Shown here: in pieces, positions 49,901 through 60,100 of the stretch
Numbering within the stretch: the stretch's first letter is position 1
Layout: each line of letters begins with the position of its first letter
NCBI GenBank assembly: GCA_050117845.1
Contig: JASFLY010000003.1
Location: 96,001 to 160,000, forward strand
Length of the DNA: 64,000 nucleotides
Direction: 5' to 3'
Origin: Candidatus Zixiibacteriota bacterium
Lineage (GTDB): Bacteria; RBG-13-66-14; B26-G2; WVWN01
The notes under the pieces: generated by a model
Seen by the model: the letters and a program-made list of their open reading frames with translations, nothing else
The model's database searches: none
What the model was told of the DNA's origin: nothing
Position numbers and translations under genes: made by a program

Positions 49901-51906
49901 CGGCCCGCCTCGAGGAGAGGGCCCCGGGCCTTGCGGCTCGACCCCATGCGGAGGTAGGCCCGGCCCTTCGCCTCCAGCGAATCGACGTCGCGGACGCCGT
50001 TTCGGTCCAGGAAGGCCACGACGCCGGCCGAGGCTTCCTCCAGATACTCCTCCCGAGCCCACTCCAGAACGTACTCCCTCACGGCGGCGTTCGCGAAGGA
50101 ATACCCGGCGTCAGGCGTCTCCTCCTTGCTAATGACGCCCGCCTCCACCAACCGGCCCAAGACGCCCCCGTCCTTAACCAACTCGCCCGGGAAATAATAG
50201 CCGTACGCCGCGGCCAGCGCCAGCGATTCCTTCTCGTTCTCCCCCAGGCGCTCGATAACGCCGACCAGATAGTCGTCCGGCGCCGGGCAGACGGTCGCGG
50301 TTTTCAGGCTGCCGTAATCGACGTGCCACCCGTCCAATCGGCGTATAACCGTCTTCTCCGCGATAAGATGTTCTATAGTGCGGCGGAGGACGCCGGGGTT
50401 CCCTCGCGCCAGCCGCTTGACGTGGCGGGATAAAGCCGGGTCCACCTTGGGCACGCCGAGGGCGTATTCCAGATAACGCTCCGTCGTTTCTTCCGAGAAA
50501 CCCTTTAATTCGAACTTCTTTACCGTTAACAACCCTTGCGGGCCGGCCAGGATTTTTTTCGTAAAGGCGCCGCCGGGCCGAGCGAGCGCGATTACGAACT
50601 TCACCCGGCCCCGGAACGGATAGTTCACGAGGCGCGTTACCGATTTCGCCGTTCCTCCGTCCTCCGCGTCGACGTTGTCGAGAGCCAGGACGGTCACGTC
50701 GTACTTCCCCGACGAGTCGTTCAGACTGCGGAGGACGTCGGCCTCGCCGGCGACGTCGTACGCCGGGGCCCCCATCAGGGCGGCCTCCAGCGAGCGCGAA
50801 ATGCCGGTACCGTCGTAAGCCTCCGGGAAAGCGGCGCGGACGCGGACACCGAGAACGCGACGCAACGCCCGTAATACGCCCTCGCCGGCGCCGCAGTCGA
50901 CGTATAAAAAGGAACCCCGCTTTAACTGAGCGACCCGGCCTACTTCGCGCAAAAACGCCGTCTTCCCGACGCCCGCCGAACCCTCCACGATGAAGACCTC
51001 CGGCCCCTGATTATCGCCGGAAGGACGGAAAACGTCCGTCACCTCTTTCTCGTAACCGAAGAAACGGCCGGTCGCGAGGTCCGTTTCTATGCGCATCGTT
51101 TCGGGAAGAGGGATATCCTGAGCCCGGGCGAGTTCGGCCAGTTTCGTTATGGCTTCGTACGCGGACGCGAACCGGTCCGCCGGATTGTGCTGGACCAACC
51201 GCGACGCGAAAACGTCCAATTCCGGGTAAACGTCCGGGGCGACCTCGCGCAAGCGTACGTAGTCGTACCTCGGCTTACGTTTGACCCGGGATATATCGTC
51301 GCCGGGCATGAACGGCAAGCGGCTTGTGATAACCCGGAAGAACAGGATGCCGAACGAGTAAAGGTCGGACCGGGGATCGTCCATGACCCCCTGGAAGACC
51401 TCCGGCGCTATGTACTCCATGGTACCGGAGACGGGATAGCGGTCCTCACCCTCGACCTGGCGGACAAGGCCGAAATCCCCCAGGATGAAGCGGCGCCGAT
51501 CTTCAGCTTTGGCCTCGAAAACGTTACCCGGTTTCACGTCGCCGTGGATTATGCCGCGCCGGTGGACGTAGTCGAGGGCGGACAATAGCTGCAGGGAGAA
51601 GTCGAAGAGGTATGGGAGGTTAATGTCCGGGCCGGCCTGGTCGAAGCGCCACCCGGCGTAATAATCCATCGTATAATAAATGAAATCCTGTTCTTCGCCG
51701 AAATCGTAAACGCGTACGATATTGGGATGGTCGAGGTACGTGAGGGTTTCGAACTCCCGTCTGAGAAGCTCGATGGGCCTTGCCCGGGATTTATCGACGG
51801 TTTTAATGGCGACGACCTTTTCCCGGCTACGGTCGAAGGCTTTTACCACTTCCGACGTAGGAGTGCGGGCAATTTGTTCTATTATGTCGAACCTGTCGTC
51901 GAGCAT
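46927..51906 (-). CDS. Ser/Thr kinase - STAND-like ATPase - TPR - GAF - sigma54 activator (AAA+ and Fis HTH)
   Basis: HGDVKPGN, DFG, APE; GSAGVGKT; TPRs; GAF; GESGTGKE, ESELFGIEKGTATGV, FREDLFYRLN, WPGNVRELEN; terminal HTH. Confidence 0.92.
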   Translation of the reverse strand: MLDDRFDIIEQIARTPTSEVVKAFDRSREKVVAIKTVDKSRARPIELLRREFETLTYLDHPNIVRVYDFGEEQDFIYYTMDYYAGWRFDQAGPDINLPYLFDFSLQLLSALDYVHRRGIIHGDVKPGNVFEAKAEDRRRFILGDFGLVRQVEGEDRYPVSGTMEYIAPEVFQGVMDDPRSDLYSFGILFFRVITSRLPFMPGDDISRVKRKPRYDYVRLREVAPDVYPELDVFASRLVQHNPADRFASAYEAITKLAELARAQDIPLPETMRIETDLATGRFFGYEKEVTDVFRPSGDNQGPEVFIVEGSAGVGKTAFLREVGRVAQLKRGSFLYVDCGAGEGVLRALRRVLGVRVRAAFPEAYDGTGISRSLEAALMGAPAYDVAGEADVLRSLNDSSGKYDVTVLALDNVDAEDGGTAKSVTRLVNYPFRGRVKFVIALARPGGAFTKKILAGPQGLLTVKKFELKGFSEETTERYLEYALGVPKVDPALSRHVKRLARGNPGVLRRTIEHLIAEKTVIRRLDGWHVDYGSLKTATVCPAPDDYLVGVIERLGENEKESLALAAAYGYYFPGELVKDGGVLGRLVEAGVISKEETPDAGYSFANAAVREYVLEWAREEYLEEASAGVVAFLDRNGVRDVDSLEAKGRAYLRMGSSRKARGPLLEAGRAAARTNDFERAVELLEAALTTEGNWYSEAYEDAVTDLAEAYSAMGDHASALGYYDALVRCRKPGQVGYGKALLQLSRERLVLGDFEAPARDLDGLPPDELEAGDRFLRQALLAWTYFRNRDFDRAITLARDAEALAAAVDRPDLVAYVNYVKGAISYYAGDADAALAAFAETARLAEEAGKPRLASIALNLTGEVLLWRADVERAEDATRRSIELAKRAHDRYALVASLIRLARIYHNQGYVKRAAREFEAAEAECKLIDNPELLASIYVGSAANMIRAGEYRRAEFYLDELDAEESLAGAIPGYASYYRALIAAENGELDEALEHLKRSEESFTERGARTEVDDTRSLRGRVLFLAGRYEEAEEELARCLKNLEDSGDKLEHAKVLLTRGELSGARGDADLGEAYLDQALSTFTALSSKYFLGRCYMARAELKLKALRGAGDVDIIRQARNDLEKAKTLFGEIGVNKYRVKIFELEGNLFMAERNSDEGEKKLAELADGLKELSDQPDLDDLLKFILSYLAERLEADRGVIFLLDEHNNVLRIKGTAGVDDSTIEDASVISKTIIGHVAESKKAVFSPNAAEDFRFKDSASVQLHGIRSLICIPLAGGDGAFQGVVYLDSLQRESLFAEEDLNFAQVFARAAAYEIERRRRRSEESFATISIAPREEAAKPLLVGSSQVMEELRGAVASAAQANVDVLVVGESGTGKELVVRTVHTLSPNADAPFIGVNCAAIPEALLESELFGIEKGTATGVDKRIGLFERAGDGTIFLDEVAAMDMNTQSKLLRVLQEKRFVRLGSRTHQTIPLKARVVSATNADLPEAIASGKFREDLFYRLNVFLIGCPPLREHREDIPELLNHFVTTYYQGKAKDRPRFSPEAVAIMTAYEWPGNVRELENCVRYALTATSSRVIEPDALPVNLRKMGRPGRSTSSSSLNESLANLEREMILEALEEARWVKAAAARKLEISETNLRYKMKKYGISPEEKFPIE

Positions 51907-52583
51907 GGATTCCCGGTATCACAGGGTTAAGTTAACTTCGCCTGGCGTTCGGGTTATCTTACGATATTATTTTCCACTTTAATAATATATAATTTTACAT
52001 AGCGCCGTCAAGGTTTTTACGCTCGTAAGCTTGGCAATAGAACGCTTTTATCTTCCGGCACTTACGACACGCGGCAGCGCCGCGGGCTCCCGATCCCGGC
52101 CTAACTCGCCGGGGCCTTCGTGAGCCGCAACCGAGGCGTTCCCATCGAAAGCTCCTCTTAGTTCAAACCGTATCATCAATACTCCTACCCTAATATATAC
52201 GCGAATTCGGACCATCCGTTGCCGGAGCGCCGGAACGGATATTACGTAATCCCCCGTTGCCTATTATAATCATTCCCGGCGTAGGCCGTAAGTGCTTAAT
52301 TATCAATAGCATAGCTAGTATCGACGACAAGGGCTCCCGGGGCTAAAATGGCCGCCGCCGCGCCAAGGTGTCACTGGACTTAATAAAAAGGCCGAGAAGC
52401 GCCGCCGATCCGGAATCTACCCGCCGCAACGCTGAACCGCTCTAACCGGATTCGCGGCAATCGCCTTTTCCCAACAGACTGTAACCTTACTTTATTGAAA
52501 ATCGTCAAGTCATCGAACGCGGCGGCCTTCGTCGGAAATATAATGAAAACTGGTATAAGAACTGAGTATTTTTATAACGGCCC

Positions 52584-52602
52584 TATGTCATAAATTGACA
52601 TA
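52584..52602. promoter_or_regulatory. Palindromic operator candidate upstream of the WYL gene
   Basis: TATGTCA-TAAAT-TGACATA, overlapping TTGACA. Confidence 0.5.
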
Positions 52603-52784
52603 CTAGTAATATAATTATTGTACGAGAATTGGACGAGCCATAACTCTTTATGCTATAATAAATAATGGACAATTAAGTCGGCGAGGTATGACAAGATAAA
52701 ACTTAGGTTAATCCTTTTTTGTAATGATGGGTTATACCCATAGGGAGGCTTGGTCTAACCGACTAAGTTAAAAGGACGGTATCT

Positions 52785-53777
52785 ATGTCCGTAAAGCGTG
52801 CGGAACGGCTCTTTCATATGATAAGTATATTAAGGACGGGACGGGGATATACCGGGGCCGAGTTGGCCGACGTCATGGGCGTTTCCCAACGGACGGTTTA
52901 CCGAGACGTCGTCGACCTGTCGGGACTGGTGCCCATATATTACGACGACGGGTACCGGCTCCTGTCCGATACTTTCCTGGCCAACCTCACTTTCACGCGC
53001 GAAGAATTGGTGGCCCTCAAGCTGGGCGTACAGATGCAGGCGCTGGCCGAAGCCTCTCACCTCGGCGCCGCGACCCAATCCGTCCTCGCGAAAATCGACG
53101 AACAGCTGGAACGCCGGTTCCAGGGCGAGGCGGACGACGGCGACGTAATATCGGTCCACGTGAAGGCTCACCCGATGGGAGAGAAGACGGTGCGGGTCCT
53201 ACGAGACCTGGAGGACGCGGTACGGCGCCGCCTGACCGTCGAATTCTCCTATTACACGCTCAGCCGAAACGAGAAGACCAAACGGACGGTCGACCCGTAC
53301 GGCCTGACGTTCCGACGCCATAGCTGGTACCTGGTGGGCTATTGCCACCTTCGCCACCAGGCGCGCGTATTCCGTCTCGATCGGATCTCCTCCGTTGCGG
53401 CCACGTCACACAAATTCGAACGGCCCAAGGACTTTTCGCTGGAAGAGTTCTTCGCCGATACCTGGGAGGTATTCGCCTCCGGCCCTCTGGCCGACGTCGC
53501 GTTGCGCTTTTCCCGGCACGCGGAATTCATCGCCCGGCCCACGCTGGGAGGCCGCGGCGAGTTCAACCTTGAACGAAAAAGCAATAAAATAGTATTTCGC
53601 GGAGAAGTCCCTGTAACGGACGAATTCGTACGTTGGCTTCTGACGCTTGGAGAGAACGTCGAGGTCCTCGAGCCGGCCGAACTCCGCGACAGGGTAGCTT
53701 CCCGCCATCGCTCCGCAGCCGAACTCTACGAGCCTATCGTCGCGGAGGCGGGTTCGCGAGGGATAAACACCGGGTAG
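52785..53777 (+). CDS. HTH-WYL-WCX transcriptional regulator (YafY/PafBC-like)
   Basis: ELADVMGVSQRTVYRD, RTVDPYGL, SWYLVGYC, FRLDRI, VEVLEPAELR. Confidence 0.95.
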   Translation: MSVKRAERLFHMISILRTGRGYTGAELADVMGVSQRTVYRDVVDLSGLVPIYYDDGYRLLSDTFLANLTFTREELVALKLGVQMQALAEASHLGAATQSVLAKIDEQLERRFQGEADDGDVISVHVKAHPMGEKTVRVLRDLEDAVRRRLTVEFSYYTLSRNEKTKRTVDPYGLTFRRHSWYLVGYCHLRHQARVFRLDRISSVAATSHKFERPKDFSLEEFFADTWEVFASGPLADVALRFSRHAEFIARPTLGGRGEFNLERKSNKIVFRGEVPVTDEFVRWLLTLGENVEVLEPAELRDRVASRHRSAAELYEPIVAEAGSRGINTG

Positions 53778-54178
53778 GAGGCCGCTTCCCCGTCCCCGGG
53801 ACGGGGCTGTTTAAGCAGGCGCGCCGCACTTTTCGGGGGATTATCGTCCGAATGCTCGAGCGACACGGGTACGTCGTAAAAAATAAGGCGGGCAACGAGC
53901 GCGCCTCGTTTTACGTTATCGATATTGTCCGTTTCCCTTCCGTTTTCCAAACCCTTACTAACGTCAAAGGCTTGTCCGAAGCCGTTACCAGGGCCGCCCC
54001 GTCGGCGTTCCACCGTACGACCGGGCGGACCGTATTGTAGCGCCGTTCCCCGAAAGCGGAACGGGCCGGCGAATAGGGCGGACGTAAGTCGCGCCCGACA
54101 ATTTAAGATAGAAATTTGACAAGCGTAATGGGGGCCCGGGGATTACGGTCCGGGCTTTTTCCCGAGGAGGTCCCGGGA

Positions 54179-57100
54179 ATGGACTTTTGTTCGGCGGACG
54201 ACCTGGCGGCGGCGTGGCCCTACGCCCGTCGGGATGCCGCGGACAATTTCGTCTTCGACGTTATCGATTATGAAGACGTCAAACATAACCTGCCGCATAT
54301 AATCCGGCGGCTCGAGCGCGAACTCCGGACGGACCAGTATAAACCGGCCCCCCTTCTGTCCGTCGATATACCGAAAAGGCCCTACACCATCCGCCCGGGC
54401 GCAGTCGTCTCTTTAATCGATTTAATCGTACTTTACGCCCTGGTCAGGAAAATAGCGCCGGCCCTCGACGCGAAATTATCGCCCGGCGTATTCTCCTACC
54501 GTTGGGTCCCCGAGGGAAAAAAGCCCAAGTGGTCCATCTTCTCGGAATCGACCCAGGACGAATGCGGCATCGACGAAATCCTCCCCGCCGCGCCGTTCGC
54601 TCCGTACCCTCCTTTCGACGAGGCCGCGCCGGCGGGATGGTTCCGGGGGTGGATAGAATATCACGAGCGCGCGAAAGATTCCGCCGCCCGCTATAATTAT
54701 TGCGCCGTCGGCGACGTTACAGCCTATTTCGAAAACGTCGCCGTGACGTCGCTCTTCAACCGTATAGGGGACCTCCTCGGCCCGGAGCACTCGGAAGCCC
54801 TCACCCGCCTCCGCCGCTTCTACGAGTATTGGGCCTGGCATCCAGCCGGTACGACCACGCGCGGCGAAGTCCTCCCCCAGGGCAACGATATATCGCTCTT
54901 CCTCTCGAATTTCTATCTGACGAAACTCGACGAGGCCATGGCGGCCGAAGTCCAGAACGACCCCCGCCGGTACTTTCGCTACGTCGACGACATCTGCGTC
55001 TTCACCGATACCCAGGAGCAGGCCCACCACTCCCTCCTCACCGGCGACCGGGTGCTGCGCGATCTGGGGCTGAACCTTAATACGGAGAAGACCGGGATCG
55101 TTCCCACATCCCGCCTCTTCGACCGGGACGTGGAGCGCTGGCTCGAGGACATGTCGCCCGTTACGGCCAACGCCGCCGAGAACGCCCGTGACTTCTTTAA
55201 GAACCGCTTCGACGCCGACGACGTCGAGAAGTGGGAACGCGCTTACCTGCGGGCCTTAACGACTCTCCAAAGAGCCGGCGACTGTTCGGTCGCCCCCGCC
55301 GCCCTTCAGGTTTTCCTGGAGAACCCCACGTACAAACTGCTGGTTAAAAATTTCGATTACCTTAGCTTCTTCGCGGAGCGTTTCCGATTCGGCGACGACG
55401 TCGCCCGCCGGATCACCGAGGGAACGTTCAACTTTCCATTCCACAAACACTACCTTTACCGCCTGGCTGCTTACTGCCGGCAGAACTCCCCTTCTCTCCG
55501 CGAGCAAGCTCTGGAAGAAGCCCGCGGCGACGCCGAATGGTACGTCCGAATCGCCGCGTTATACTGCCTGAACACGTTCAACCTTTCGCCCGACGAACTC
55601 GACGCCGTCGAGGAACTGGCGGGCAGCGAGGCCCACCCGCAAGTGGCCCGCGCCGCGCTCGTCGTTTTGCGACAACGGCCGGCCGACGAGGTCGCCTCGG
55701 CCGAGGATCATTTCCTCTTTACCACCGCGCCCGGCCAGGAGAACCTACGCGAATATTTCTTCCGCCTCACGACCGAAGAGGAATTGGCGCGTGCCGTCCT
55801 CGAGCGGATCCGGAACCAGGAGGTGGCCTCGCGCGCTTTCCTGAACCGCCTCCACCAACTGGACCTCCTCAAGGGCAATCCCGCCGTCCGCGAGGAATAC
55901 GGCCGGATCCTCGAACAAAAGATAGACGAATGCGACCCGGCCTGGACCCGCCTCTATAGCCGCCTCCGGCGCATCGCCGAACTGGCGTCGGTAAGTGCGT
56001 TGCGCGTTCGAAAAGCGCGCAAAATCGCCCGGGCGCAAGGCCACCTTCAAACCCTGCTGCGAAGCTCGCGCGAGGCCGTCCTTATAACCGGCCCGGGAGG
56101 AGACGTCCAGGTCTGGAACGACGCCGTGAACAAACTCCTCGGTTACGGCCGCCGCGAGGTCCGCGGGAAAGACGTGACCGACATCTTGCCTTCCCCCGGC
56201 GGCTTCGCGTCCGCGGACGAACTCACGGCATACGTCGCCGAGAACGGCGGATGGCTCGTCGAGGAGGCAACCCTTTACGAGCGGCCGGACGGCGCGCTGA
56301 TTGACATTTCCACCACCTATTCCGTTATCACGGATCCCATTACGGGCGAGCCGGTCGGCCTCCTTATCCTTGTACGCGACGCGACCGCCGAAGTACGGGC
56401 CGCCCGCATCGAACAGGTACAAATCGCCACCGAACAAACCCTGGCCGACGCCACGGTCCGGCTTGTCTCGCCGGAAGACCTGGACGCCGCCATTGAGCAC
56501 ACCCTGCGAGAGACGGCGGACGTGCTGAACGCGCAACGGGCCACCGTTTTCCGTTTCAGGGAAGGAACACTCGTCCTCGATGTAACCCACGAATGGTGCG
56601 CGCCCGGCGTCCCTTCGACCCGCGACTCCGGAGGAAAACTGGACCTCGGCGAACTCCCGGACGTCCGCGAGCGCTTGCATTCCGAGCGCGTCCTTTCGAT
56701 ATCGAACCTCTCCACTCCCAGCGCCGGGAGTCAACGGGTGATGAAGGAACGGGGTGTCAAAGCGGCCCTCGTCGTCCCGTTCTATATTTCCGACGAGATG
56801 ACCGGCCTAATAGCGTGCACCGATACGACCCGGCCTCGCGACTGGGCGTACGGCGAGGCCAATCTCCTCTTCGCCGTAACGGCGCTTATCTCGAAAGCTC
56901 TGGCGCGCCGGGAAGCGGAGGAGGAAAAGCTGGTGAGCGAGGTCCGCTACCGGGCCGTCGTCGAAGACCAAACGGAGCTGATATGCAGATGGCGGCCCGA
57001 CGGGACCCTTACCTTCGTTAACGAGGCTTACGGCCGGTATTTCGGGAAATCGCCCGGCGAACTGGTGGGCCGGAGTTTCATCCATTTTATCTCGGAGGAG

Positions 57101-60100
57101 GATCGCGAAACCGTCGAGGCCGAATTCGCGTCTCTGGGTCCGGACAAACCATCCTCGACGCATGAACATCGCGTTACGACGCCGGCCGGTGAAGTCCGTT
57201 GGCAGCAATGGACCAACCGCGTCATCATTGACGAGCACGGCGCAATATCGGAATACCAATCCGTAGGCCGCGACATTACGGAGCGCAAACTCGCCGAGGA
57301 AGCCCTCGACTTCGAGCGCCGCCAACTCTTGTCGATCTACGATAGCGTCGAGGAAGTCGTTTACGTCGCCGACCCCCGGACCCACGAAATCATATACGCC
57401 AACGAGTACTTGAAATCGCTGTACGGAAAAGACATGGTAGGCGGCGTATGTTACCGGGAATTCCAGGGGCTGGAGGCCCCCTGCGATTTCTGCACGAACG
57501 GAATAATACTCGAACAAAAAGGCAAGGCGTACCGTTGGGAATTCCACAACGAAATACTAGACAAGTCCTTCCTGTGCACCGACCGGATAATTAAATGGCC
57601 CGACGGCCGGGACGCCCGGATCGAAATCGCCATAGACATCAGCGACCGCAAAACCGCCGAAGAAGCTCTGCGGAAGAGCGAAGAGGAATTCCGCGCGCTC
57701 GCGGAGCAGTCCCTCCAGGGAGTTACCCTCGCGACGGAGGATCGGACCATCTTCGCTAATCGGGCTTTTTACAACATCACCGGCTACGAGCCGGACGAGA
57801 TAATCGGCCTGACGCCGGGCGAAGTCGCCACCCTAATCATCCGGCCGGAGGACAGGGAAACCGTTAAAAAGAACTTCCGGCGCCGCATGGACGGAGAAAG
57901 CGCTCCTTCGCCGTACGCCGTGGGAATACTCCATAAGAACGGCTCCACCCGGTGGGCCGAGTTATACTGCACGATCGTCGATATCGGAGGGCCGCCGGCG
58001 AATCTTACCACGCTCGTCGACATAACCGAACGGAAGCGGGCCGAGGAAGCGATCAGGGAAAGCGAGGTCAAGTACCGAACGTTGTTCGAGAACTCGCCGG
58101 ACGCTCTTACGATACTCGACACCCGCGCGGTCATTAGCGACCTGAACCGGGCGACCGAAGAACTAACGGGGTACTCGCGGGAAGAGCTACTGGGGCGGCC
58201 CTTCGTAGAAATCCCGTCACTACGGGCCCAAAAACGGGCCCGCCTGCGGAAACTGCATTCCGACCTCGTCGCGGGCCGTGAGGCCGAACCGTACGAATTG
58301 GAAATCGTACGACGGGACGGGACCCGTCGATGGGTAAACGTTACGGTCGCCGCAATTAAAAAAGGGTCGGACCTTATAGGAACGCAGCTGATAGGCCGCG
58401 ACGTTACCGAACGCAAACTCGCCGAAGAGAAGATAAAACGCCGTTTGGAATTTGAGGGCGTAGTCGCCCGCATCTCGTCGCGCCTCGTGGCTCCGGCGGA
58501 CGTCGACCGGGCCGTAAACGAATCGTTGGCCGATATAGGCCGGTTCCTCGGAGCCGGCCGAGTACCACTATTCCTATTGAGCCGGGACGGCAGCGAGATG
58601 TCCATCAGCCACGAGTGGTGCGCCGCCGGCGTAAAAAGCCTGATCGGAGAGCTGCAAGGGGAGCCCACGTCGGGAATCCCGTGGTGGACGGACCGACTCG
58701 GCGGGGGGGAAGTGCTGCACATACCGGACGTATCGCGAATGCCGCCGGAAGCCGCCCCGGAACAGAAAATCCTGGAGGGACAGGGGATTAAATCCATCCT
58801 CGTATTGCCCGTCGAGATCGGCGGGAGTTTCAGCGGCTTCGTCGCGTTAGACAACGTCGAGGGAACCGGCGGCTGGGACGTGGACGACGTGGAACTCCTC
58901 CGCGTTATGGCCGCGGACCTCGGCCGGGCCTTCGAACGACAACGAGCGGAAAGCATCCTCCGGGAAAACGAGGAACGTTACCGCGACCTGGTGGAAGGTT
59001 CCCATGATCTCGTCCAAAGCGTCGCCCCCGACGCCCGCTTCCTATTCGTCAACCGGGCCTGGCTCAGGACGATGGGCTACGCCGAAAGCGAACTTCCGAA
59101 CCTCACCCTTTTCGACGTTATTCATCCGGACTACGTCGGGCACTGCCAGGAATTGTTCCAGCATGTTATGCGCGGCGAAACCGTTAGCGATATCTCGGTC
59201 AAGTTCGTGACGAAGGACGGCCGCGAAATCATCCTCGACGGCACGGCGGGGCCGCGTTTCATGAACGGCGAAGTCGTGAGCACGCAGGGTTTCTTCCACG
59301 ACGTAACCGAGCGTAAACGCGCCGAAGAAAAACTCAAGCGCCATAGCGAAGAAATAGCCGCCGTCAGCGAACTGGCCATAGAACTCGCCGGCGTCGATAC
59401 GAGTGAAGAGATGTTCCCCCTTATCGCCCGCCGCCTCCGGGAGCTTACCGGCGCTTTGGCCGTCCTGACGACGTCTTACGACTACGAGGCCGATGAATTG
59501 GCCGTCAACGCCGTCGAAGCCGACGTTAGCACCCTGGACAAAACGAACGATATCCTGGGCGCGGAGCTTTCGACGATACGCTTCCCGTTTCCGATATATT
59601 CCCGCGAAGCCCTGGCTTCCGAACACGTCGCCGTAACGACGGGCATCCCCCACCAGGCCCACGCCGTCATTCCGAAAAACGCGTGCCGAGTAATCGAGGA
59701 AGCCTTCGGCATCGGCGACGTTTACATTTTAACGTTCCACTTCGGCGGGGACATGATCGGCGCTGCCGGCATTATTATGCAGCGAGAGACTACCCGGCCT
59801 TCCGTCGATACGCTGGAGGCCGCGGCCAACACGATCGCCACCACCCTCCGGTCCAAACTCGCGGAGGAAGCCCTGGTCGCCAGCGAGCGCGAGAAGACGA
59901 CCATACTCGAATGCGTGGACGATATGGTCGTTTTCTGTAATTCGGAAATGGAAACGGTCTGGGCCAATCCCGCCGCGGCCGCGTGGCACGACATGACGCC
60001 CGAAGAAATGGTAGGCCGCCGTTGCTACGAAGAACGCTACGGCCGGACCGATCCCTGCGAGGACTGCGCGGAAGTCGAAGCGCTGAGAACCGGCGAACCC

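Noticed and set aside
52031..52046. TGGCAATAGAACGCT as a second sigma54 promoter
   Set aside because: GG-GC spacing is one base short and no gene follows nearby
54179..56000. Group II intron, DGR, retron or CRISPR-RT interpretation of the RT
   Set aside because: No maturase/HNH domain or intron domain V seen, no TR/VR pair with A-specific mismatches, no VTG motif, no cas genes or array
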